NCBI GenBank assembly: GCA_963755715.1
Contig: CAVWLW010000050.1
Location: 53,189-117,188, forward strand
Length of the DNA: 64,000 nt
Origin: an uncultured delta proteobacterium
GTDB taxonomy: Bacteria; Desulfobacterota; Binatia; UBA9968
Direction of reading: 5' to 3'
The number at the start of each line of letters is the position of its first letter. The stretch's first letter is position 1. Both the position numbers and the translations under genes were made by a program. A model generated the notes under the pieces. That model did not search any database. It worked only from the letters and a program-made list of their open reading frames with translations, and was not told the DNA's origin. This document shows positions 51,659 to 59,588 of the stretch, piece by piece.

Positions 51659-52669
51659 ATGGAAACGAAGAAAACAGTTCATATCACTTGGGAGGAAGCC
51701 CATCGGGCAGAGACGGAGCGAGACAAGGCGAGACAGACATGCTGCCGATCCATACCGCCAAATCGGATGAAACTTACCACCGTTTACGTTTCTAGAGACC
51801 TCCGTAAACTAAAAGCTTCGGCGTTGCGTCTCTGGGACGTGACATTTAACCACAGGGTTGGGGCATCGGGCTATAAGGGAAAAACCCTTTTTAGTCCTGC
51901 AGCGGTCGAGAGAATCACAGAGTGGTCAAAAGGGTTTCCCCGGCTCGTCAACACAATTTGCGACAACGCGTTGCTCATTGCGCATTCAGCTTATAAACAA
52001 GCCGCTACTGCGAAAATGCTGAAACAAAAAGAGCTGGCTCAGGGTTTCCAACGCCGCGTGGAGACGTCGACGAAAACAAACGTGGCAGGGACAAATTCTC
52101 AAACGTTGGGGAACCGACATAAAGCCGAGGCGGAGGAAGCCCAACGAACGCAATTCGGCGAGGATGAGCTTCGAGAGATTTATTTTAAGCGTGGCCCGAC
52201 GAAATCGGCAGTCGCGATATTCCTGGGGATCATTTTACTGGCCGGTGTCGGGACGGTGTCCTATTCGCAACAGAGCAAAAACTATTTGTCCCATCTAGCT
52301 GTGAAGTGGGGAGCTATCGCTCAGCGAGCCGTACGCTATACTTCTGACGTAGAGGTGATGGTTGAAAACTCGAAGGCGCAACCCGTCGCGCCTCAACTCT
52401 CTTCAACAAATCAGGAACCTGTTCAACCTGACGGTCGAGAAAGCACAGCGAAAAAAGCGCGGGACTATTTGGGTAACTTTGAAGTCGTCGACGATTCCTT
52501 CGTTCGCGATAACCCCCAACCGAATGCCGCCGTAATCGCGACTCTCCGGCCCGGCACGCAGGTCAGGGTAGAAAGCAAAACAGGAGAGTATTTCCGTATC
52601 CGCTCATTGCACGACCCGGAGGTTATCGGTTATGTGCATGAACAAGACGCCTTCTTTCAAGCGCATTAA
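51659..52669 (+). CDS. ExeA/GspA-like protein lacking the N-terminal AAA ATPase domain (C-terminal helical region, TM segment, SH3b-like domain)
   Basis: ..FSPAAVERITEWSKGFPRLVNTICDNALLIAHSAY.. matches the ..G.PR.IN.LCD.AL.. region downstream of the ExeA ATPase. TM helix AVAIFLGIILLAGVGTV. C-terminal ..VIATLRPGTQVRVESKTGEYFRIR.. (SH3-like). The ATPase part is absent, so it is probably truncated. Confidence 0.4.
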   Translation: METKKTVHITWEEAHRAETERDKARQTCCRSIPPNRMKLTTVYVSRDLRKLKASALRLWDVTFNHRVGASGYKGKTLFSPAAVERITEWSKGFPRLVNTICDNALLIAHSAYKQAATAKMLKQKELAQGFQRRVETSTKTNVAGTNSQTLGNRHKAEAEEAQRTQFGEDELREIYFKRGPTKSAVAIFLGIILLAGVGTVSYSQQSKNYLSHLAVKWGAIAQRAVRYTSDVEVMVENSKAQPVAPQLSSTNQEPVQPDGRESTAKKARDYLGNFEVVDDSFVRDNPQPNAAVIATLRPGTQVRVESKTGEYFRIRSLHDPEVIGYVHEQDAFFQAH

Positions 52670-52830
52670 ATGAGGATACATTTCCGTCGAGTTGACGGTT
52701 AAAAGGGAGAAATGTTTTTGTCGGTTAATTTTGCGCTTATTGAGATTGAATTGAATTCTCCGTCAATTCATTTCAGTGATACGAAATTGTCAAGATTGGC
52801 TAGATTAGCAAGTCTGATCAGGCTTACCTT

Positions 52831-53442
52831 TCAAAAAATGTCGTATTGCAAGACCTGATCCCGTGGGTTTGCTTGAAAGTGATTGACCATCCGAGCAATG
52901 GTCGCGTCGTCGAACATATCGCCGTTATAACTCAGCCAACCGCGCAGGCGGCTATTCTCCTCCACCATGTAGAGGTGCAGGTCGAAAATCGCTATTCCCG
53001 ATCCAAAATCCAGTTCCTCCGTTCTTAGCCCGGCAAGCTCAAGGGGAACGAGCGGAGTGTTCTGCAGCGCGAATGTCACCTGAAAGAATGGATTGCGACT
53101 CAGATCCCGATCGGGCCGTAACTCCTCGACGATTTTCTCGAATGGCAAGTCTTGATGAGCATACGCTTCTAGACACACGTCGCGCACGCGTACCAGGAGT
53201 TGCCGAAACGTAGGATTTGCCGAGAGGTCCGTACGCAAGACCAACATATTCAGAAAAAACCCGACCAGCTCCTCGGTCTCCTTGTGATTCCGACCTGCCA
53301 TCGGACTACCGACGACAATGTCATTCTGACCGGTATATCGCCGCAGCAGTGTTTGATACGCCGCCAGCAATATCATGAAAAGCGTGCTCCCAGATTCCTG
53401 CCCGAGGCTCTTGAGTCCGGCTAGGAGTTTCCCCGACAACAC
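52831..53442 (-). pseudogene. orphan NRPS condensation-domain C-terminal half (fragment)
   Basis: ..LAAYQTLLRRYTGQNDIVVGSPMAGRNHKETEELVGFFLNMLVLRTDLSANPTFRQLL..HQDLPFEKIVEELRPDRDLSRNPFFQVTF.. is near-identical in pattern to the C-domain halves in the main NRPS locus. No upstream HHxxxDG half or downstream A domain follows. It ends ..MVNHFQANPRDQVLQYDIF*, where the last codons are the REP-like motif tattgcaagacctgatccc. Confidence 0.7.
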
Positions 53443-53481
53443 AAAGGATTTCTGGGCGCCTATTCAACGAAAAAAGTAGAC

Positions 53482-54730
53482 TGAGCTAGCCCGGGTTTGA
53501 CGGACACCGAAAAAGGGGACAAGAAACCCCTGGAGGAGGTGTTCGATGACGAAGCGCAAGAGATTTAGCCCAGAGTTCAAGCGAGAAGCGGTCCGATTGA
53601 TAGAGACATCGCAGAAGTCTATCGGCAGATCTAGGCCGCGAACTCGGCGTCAGGCGCAATCAACTTTATAAGTGGAAAGAACAGCTGAGTCAGCGTGGGG
53701 CAGGAGCTTTTCCTGGATCTGGACGAGGATCGGGCAGCAACGATGAGGTGGCTCGACTACGCAAGGAGTTGGAGCAGGTCAAAGAGGAGCGCGACATCTT
53801 AAAAAAGGCAGCCGCGTACTTTGCCAAGGAGCTCAAGTGAAGTACGCCTTTGTCCGAGCTCATTCTCCAGAGTTTCGAGTCAGCCGGATGTGCCAAGTGC
53901 TGAAGGTCAGTCGCAGCGGCTATTATGACTGGCAGGGCCGTAGTGAGTCCCCGCGCAGCCAACGGGATCAGGTTCTGCTCAAAGAGATTCGTCAGATCCA
54001 CGAACAGACCAAAGAAGCTTACGGAGCGATTAAGACCTGGCAGGCGTTACGACAGGCAGGAGTTGACTGTGGCAAGCACCGAGTGGCTCGACTACGGAGG
54101 TTGGCTGCCATAGAAGCGCGGCGGAAAAGAAAGTTTCGACTGGCTTATCGGTCTCGTCATAGTGCTCCGCCGGCTCCCAATTTATTAAAGTGGCCGTTCC
54201 AGGCCGCTCACGCCGATCAGATCTGGGTGACCGATGTAACGTTCATCCCAACTCGTGAGGGTTGGCTCTATCTTGCTGTACTCATCGACTTATACACTCG
54301 TTTGATCGTTGGTTGGTCAATGAAAGACCGGCCCAATCAGGAACTGGTCAATGAAGCTTTGATGATGGCTGTGGAGCAGCGACGGCCCAAACCGGGACTT
54401 ATTCACCACAGCGACCAGGGGATTTTGTATTCCAGCGGGAGCTACCTTGAACTGCTCAACCGTTACGCGATGGTGCGTAGCATGAGCGGCAAGGGCAACT
54501 GCTATGATAATGCGGTGGCTGAAAGCTTTTTCAGTTCGTTGAAAAACGAGATCGTTCATCATCGGGACTACCACACCCGGGATCAAGCGAGGAGCGAGAT
54601 CTTTGAATACATCGAGCTGTTTTATAATCGCAGGCGACTACACCAATCGCTGGCGTACCAAACACCGATGAGCTACGACTCGACCAACGTGGGTGCTTAA
54701 TTAACTGTCCGTGAAACCCGGGGCAGCTCA
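53482..54730 (+). mobile_element. IS3-family insertion sequence (orfA/orfB with A6G slippery site), 25-bp terminal inverted repeats, orfA additionally frameshifted
   Basis: IRL tgagctagcccgggtttgacggaca (53482-53506) pairs with IRR tgtccgtgaaacccggggcagctca (54706-54730), a 23/25 match that ends TG..CA. orfA from ATG 53547 (MTKRKRFSPEFKREAVRLIETSQKSIG) shifts frame near 53625 before continuing ..LGVRRNQLYKWKEQL..LKKAAAYFAKELK*. The slippery ttaaaaaagg lies at ~53796. orfB 53837-54700 is DDE-type (..WVTDVTFIPTREGWLYLAVLIDLYTR..HHSDQGILYSS..). Confidence 0.8.
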
Positions 54731-54864
54731 GCCTGACCCCTTTTCTCGTCCCTGACATATTGGCGTTGCTACGACAGCGCGAACTTCATCTGCAGCCAAG
54801 ACAGTAACTTATTTAGTCAGTCGTCGTTAGGTTGCCTATCGGCATCGTGTATTTTATCGATTCA

Positions 54865-55299
54865 CTAGCCCCGCCCTCGCACCGTTAAGACGGGAATCCG
54901 TGAATGTCTAACGACCGACTCAGCGGTGCTCCCGAGAAAGGCCAGCGCGATGCCGGTTCGGCCATGAGAGCCCATAACGATCAAATCGGCCTTCCACTCA
55001 TCGGAAGATGTGACGATCTTTCGGCTTACGTTTCCTTCCACTAGATATTCCCAAGGTGGAGGATCGCCGCCGATTCGCCGTGCCGCGCATCGCAGAAGTC
55101 GCCGTGCTTGCTCACGGAATTCGTCGAGTACGTTTGAAGCGGGAAAGCCGCCTTCTGGTGCGTAGGCGATTCTCGGATCGAGCGCATGAAGCAACGCGAT
55201 CTCCGCTCCGACCGCTTTCGCGAGATCCCTCCCCACTTCCATTGCGTGAATCGAGATTGGGCTGTCGTCGAGGGCGATAAGAATACGCTGAAAACTCAT
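54865..55299 (-). CDS. universal stress protein (UspA family)
   Basis: AAGGAGGGAG RBS. 144 aa. ..ILIALDDSPIS..LLHALDP.. and the C-terminal ATP-binding motif GSHGRTG..LGSTAESVVRHSRIPVLTV. Confidence 0.8.
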   Translation of the reverse strand: MSFQRILIALDDSPISIHAMEVGRDLAKAVGAEIALLHALDPRIAYAPEGGFPASNVLDEFREQARRLLRCAARRIGGDPPPWEYLVEGNVSRKIVTSSDEWKADLIVMGSHGRTGIALAFLGSTAESVVRHSRIPVLTVRGRG

Positions 55300-55441
55300 G
55301 GCTCCCTCCTTTTTACTTTGCGTTTATCGCAATCCTCGCTGTAGCCGTCTGAATTTAAATTGAGCAACGGCTATGCCAGATCTTTCACTGCCCATTTGTC
55401 ATCGTAAACCCGCTGCTTAGCGACAAGTATCGGAACCGAAA

Positions 55442-56300
55442 TTGCTAGTGGTAATAGGCAAAATGAACACTCTCGAATTTACGCTATTGATTGGCATCGG
55501 ATCATTTCTCGCCGGATTTTTAGGATCTCTAACCGGCTTGGGCGGCGGAGTCGTCATTGTGCCGCTGTTGACATTGGTTTTTGGCGTTGACATCCGTTAC
55601 GCCATCGGCGCGTCGCTAGTTTAAGTAATCGCAACCTCCTCAGGCGCCGCCGCTGCGTACGTCGGCGAAGGTTATAGCAACATGCGAATCGGCCATGTTC
55701 CTCGAGATTGCAACGACGATCGGCGCGTTGGTTGGTGCGTTGCTCGCGGGAATGTTGGCCACGTCTCTGATCGCAGTGATTTTTGGCTTGGTATTATTGT
55801 ATTCGGCCTACCTGGCGGCGGTGCCGAAACAGGAATGGATCGGTGACGGCAAGCCCGATCGGCTCGCTACTTTCCTCCGATTGGATGGCGATTATCCGAC
55901 TGCGACGGGACGGCAAAACTATCATGCGCACGGTATACCGGGCGGCTTCAGTTTGATGTTTGTCGCTGGAGTGCTGTCGGGATTACTTGGCATTGGCTCG
56001 GGCGCGGTTAAGGTACTCGCCATGGATCAGATGATGCGTCTCCCTTTCAAAGTGTCCACCACGACGAGCAATTTCATGATCGGCGTCACCGCGGCCGCCA
56101 GCGCTGGGGTTTATTTAAGCCGGGGCTACATAGAACCTGGATTAGTAATGCCGGTCTTGCTGGGGGTTCTCGCCGGATCACTGCTCGGCGCGCGGGTTCT
56201 GATCACCGCTCCAACAAAGAACTTACGGATTGTCTTTAGCTCCGTGATTGTGATCTTGGGCGTAGAGATGATTTTAAACGGAATAACCGGAAACTTGTAA
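55442..56300 (+). pseudogene. TauE/SafE (DUF81) family membrane exporter, in-frame TAA at 55622 plus +1 frameshift near 55690
   Basis: N-terminal piece ..LTGLGGGVVIVPLLTLVFGVDIRYAIGASLV*. Continuation ..VIATSSGAAAAYVGEGYSNMRIG then, in the next frame, MFLEIATTIGALVGALLAGML..GIGSGAVKVLAMDQMMRLPFKVSTTTSNFMIGVTAAASAGVY.. (two TauE half-repeats). Confidence 0.55.
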
Positions 56301-56301
56301 G

Positions 56302-56706
56302 ATGAAACTGCAGAGTGAACGAGCCATGCGCTGGCCTGATGAAAAAGTCGAGGCGGTGATGGGTAAACTCCTAATTGCCGGCGTGCTCCTCGCCGCGTCC
56401 GTAGTCTTATGCGGCGGCGCTCGTTTTCTTTATTTATATGGGGCGGCAACGCCTCACTATCGAGTGTTTCACGGTGCGCCGTTGGAACTGCGCACACTGA
56501 ACGGAATACTCAGAGATGCAACCGCCCGGCGGGGGCAAGGCTTGATTCAACTGGGCGTTCTCATGCTTGTGGCAACTCCCATTGCGCGCGTGGCCTTTTC
56601 GATATTCGCCTTCGCCCGGCAGCGCGACTATTTGTATGTGAGCTTAACGTTGATCGTGTTCACGCTGCTCATGTATAGCTTCGTCGGCGGTCTCTACGAT
56701 TTTTAG
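56302..56706 (+). CDS. DUF1634-family membrane protein (usual partner of TauE/SafE)
   Basis: ATG 1 nt after the TauE stop. 134 aa with three or four TM segments (LLIAGVLLAASVVLCGG, LIQLGVLMLVATPIARVAFSIFAF, LYVSLTLIVFTLLMYSFV). Confidence 0.6.
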   Translation: MKLQSERAMRWPDEKVEAVMGKLLIAGVLLAASVVLCGGARFLYLYGAATPHYRVFHGAPLELRTLNGILRDATARRGQGLIQLGVLMLVATPIARVAFSIFAFARQRDYLYVSLTLIVFTLLMYSFVGGLYDF

Positions 56707-56939
56707 ACAAAAACACTGCAGCCTCAGCGAGTTTTAGGCCGAAGCCATAGTCAACCGTGGCACTTGACCTCATGGCAGCACCATTTTGCCACACAGCGAG
56801 ATCAATTAGCCGCACTTTGTTCCTCGCGAATTCGCGACGGAATCGCAATATCCAATCGACCCTCCGTTTACGACGGCGATCCGCGTCCATCATCGAGCAT
56901 AGCTCCGGCATTTTTCTTGCGAAAGTCCTCGTCTGGGAC

Positions 56940-57764
56940 AAACACGATGAGTCGCAGAGAACAGCATGCTTGGTGCGTCGATGATATCCCGTATGTCGAA
57001 TCGAAGCGAAACGGGTTCAAGCCAATTGCCAATTGTTCTATTTGCTGGCATCCGCCTCGTTCGTAGAAGTTTCGTCGGAACTTTACACCGAGAATTTGCT
57101 CGCTTAGTTCGCGGGCGACAACGAAATGACTGACTGGCTCCGCAATCATTGGCTCGTGGAGGAACTCCGACACGGCACCGCGCTGAAACGATACATCAAT
57201 GCGGTTTGGCCGGAGTTTGATTGGGGCCAAGTTTAGCGCAAATTTTACGCCGAATACTCGCTGTGGAGCTGTGCGAAGCAATTGGGCCCCACGCACGCGC
57301 TCGAAATGGTCTCGCGATGCCTGGTTGAGACGGGTACGTCGTGCCTCTACACCATGCTCTACCGGCTCACCGAGGAACCGGTATTACGCGTACTGATGGC
57401 ACGCATGAAAAAAGACGAGATTTATCACTATAAAAACTTTTTCGATTGTTATTTGCGTTACCGGCATGACGAGCAGCCGCCGGCTCGCGTTGTGCTTAAA
57501 ACGCTATGCAAACGGATTTCCGAAATTGACGGCGAAGATGCCTTTATTACTTTTAAGCATGTCTTTGAACAATGCGTTCCTGACCGACCGTTTACTGCTA
57601 ACGACTACCGATTATTCTGTCACCACTTCATGGGTCTCGCGAAGCGCTATTTTCCGTACAACATGGCTGCACAGATGTTTCTGCGACCGCTGAACCTAGG
57701 GCCCTGGTACAAAGGCATTACCGTTCCGCTAGTCTCCACTGGTGCCAAATATTTCATTCACTGA
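56940..57764 (+). pseudogene. ferritin-like diiron-carboxylate protein (AurF/desaturase-like ExxH motifs), interrupted by TAG at 57234 and an upstream frameshift
   Basis: Frame 0 from ATG 57126: MTDWLRNHWLVEELRHGTALKRYINAVWPEFDWGQV*, then ..LVETGTSCLYTMLYRLTEEPVLRVLMARMKKDEIYHYKNFF.. (second D/ExxH motif), running to 57764. The likely N-terminal part (..RREQHAWCVDDIPY..) is in another frame (56764-57066). Confidence 0.35.
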
Positions 57765-57839
57765 TCGAGCGAAAATTGATGGGCTTATTGAAAAGAATCG
57801 TCGTCGGTCACGACTTGCGATGCAGCGGTGACATCGCTC

Positions 57840-58140
57840 TGCAATCGGCGATCGAGTTGGCCATGAGGTGCACCGGCGGCCACGACATCGCGCCGAACAT
57901 AGTCATAGGCGCTTCGAGCACAGCCGGCGCAACCTGATCGAGCTGATGCGCCATCTCACCGCGCTGCCCGTCTACGACAACAGCGCGCACGCCGATCCGG
58001 CGACCGGCAAAACTCCCAACTTGAACTGGTGCTCCACATGGAGCGCAGAAAGATACGCAACCCAACGATCTGAAACACACGCCCGATTAGGCAAGGCCAA
58101 TCGTTGCCACGGCGCTAAAGCTGCACCAGCGTTGATCCTC
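57840..58140 (+). pseudogene. second zeta-toxin C-terminal remnant (frameshifted)
   Basis: ..GGHDIAPN.., ..RRFEHSRRNLIELMRHLTALPVYDNSAHADPATGKTP.. and, in another frame, ..LELVLHMERRKIRNPTI..RPIVATALKL.. parallel ..GGHDIAAEHIRRRYEHSRLNLVDLLPRITALRVYDNSADADPAAGKIPKPKLVLHMENGKILNRRNL..KPIVAAALKLTAS of the intact toxin at 27512-28156. Confidence 0.45.
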
Positions 58141-58780
58141 ACGCTGCAACACAAACCGACGATGCGTGGCGTGCCCGCTCGACATCGGGACTTCGGTACA
58201 GGCGTTCGGGAATTTGTCTTAGAGACAGGCTACTTTTCTTCTCGCTGCGCGGTCGGCCGCGTGATCGCAATGTGCTTCCAAGTCCGAAAGTCTCAGCTAT
58301 TTCCCTTTGCCATTCTGAGTGACCGTACGATCTTTGCCGATTCAGGCATTCCCGTACTGCCACCACTTGCAACTCGTCCAACGGATTTTTCAACTGCACC
58401 GACCACGAATTCTCTTCATCCGTAGGCAGGCGATCTATAAGCTGCCTTCGCAGAACGCCGCCCGCTGCCCTTTGCGCAGGGTTGTATTCCTGGGTAACGG
58501 GGCCAGAAACTACACTTTGCACATTGAACCTTGAACCGGCGATCGTTCTATGGCCTATTGCCTTCATCCTTGCCTCAAGTCTATCTTGAGTGAAGCGCTG
58601 GAAGGTTGAAAGGGTTCCGTTTGGGAACATTGAAACTTTGAACGATCTCCGGCGTTAAACGTCTTGAACGGACTAGATTCGGGGGATCGCACGGCTTGAA
58701 CGATTTGAATTCTCCCGAGTATTACGTTGAGCTTTGAACCTTGAACCATCTCTTTACTGTTGCCTCATCCCTATTCGCTT
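58139..58780 (-). pseudogene. RAYT remnant (catalytic-Tyr region through C-terminal ..FGLGSTLRSRGRPRSEKK; degenerate N-terminal motif at 58748-58775)
   Basis: MFPNGTLSTFQRFTQ..IGHRTIAGSRFNVQSVV..YNPAQRA..ENSWSV.. aligns with LNGIYTQSFNRRH..GHLFQGRFKAILV..LNPARV..WKWSSY of the intact RAYT. 58620-58750 shares the gttcaa-rich ~170-bp architecture with 37940-38110. Confidence 0.45.
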
Positions 58781-58794
58781 GAAGGAGGAAATAA

Positions 58795-59475
58795 GTGAAA
58801 ACACAAAGACTGTCATATCCGCTGGCATTGGCGCTCTGTTTCAATGGCTATTACGCCACCGCGCCGACGATCGGTCAGGCACAGCAACCGTCAGCGCAAC
58901 AGAGTAAGCCGGCCGCAGGCGCAAACGCGGCGAGTAACGAAAGCTCAAGCGATGGCAAGCCACTTCGCTCGCCCGATGTCGTTTATGTACCGACGCCCTA
59001 TGAAGCCGTCGAGGCGATGCTCAAAGTCGCCAAGGTCGGCAAGGACGACGTAGTGTACGATCTGGGGTCGGGCGACGGGCGCATCCCGATCATGGCGGTG
59101 CAGAAGTACAATGCTGCGCGCGCTATCGGCATCGACATCAATCCCGACCGCATCAGTGAAGCACAAGCGAACCTCAAGACCGCGGGCGTCGGCGACCGCG
59201 TGCGCTTTCTCAACGAAGATTTGTTCGAAGCGAAGATTAGCGATGCGACCGTGGTGACGCTCTACCTGTTGCCCAGCCTCAATCTTAAATTGCTCCCGAA
59301 ACTATTGGCCGAATTGAAGCCGGGAACCCGTATCGTCTCGCACGCCTTCGACATGGGCAGTTGGAAACCTCAACAGACGCTTAATGCCAATGGAAGCACT
59401 GTGTATTTCTGGACGATTCCGGCCAAGGGAACGCCCGAATACAATGCTGCCAATGCCGCGGCAAATAAAATCTGA
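58795..59475 (+). CDS. secreted class I SAM-dependent methyltransferase
   Basis: GAAGGAGGAA RBS, GTG start. Signal peptide MKTQRLSYPLALALCFNGYYATAPTIGQAQ. Motif I VVYDLGSGDGRIPIMAV..IGIDINPD. Motif post-II ..DATVVTLYLLP... Confidence 0.6.
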   Translation: MKTQRLSYPLALALCFNGYYATAPTIGQAQQPSAQQSKPAAGANAASNESSSDGKPLRSPDVVYVPTPYEAVEAMLKVAKVGKDDVVYDLGSGDGRIPIMAVQKYNAARAIGIDINPDRISEAQANLKTAGVGDRVRFLNEDLFEAKISDATVVTLYLLPSLNLKLLPKLLAELKPGTRIVSHAFDMGSWKPQQTLNANGSTVYFWTIPAKGTPEYNAANAAANKI

Positions 59476-59588
59476 CGGGTTGCGCGGAGTGGTTTTTGGA
59501 GCCCGTTGTCCGTTGCCACGGTTGACCTTCTTTTCTCCTCACGAGAGGATTCTCTTTCCCGGCACGTTCGGCACCTCGGGACTGCGCG

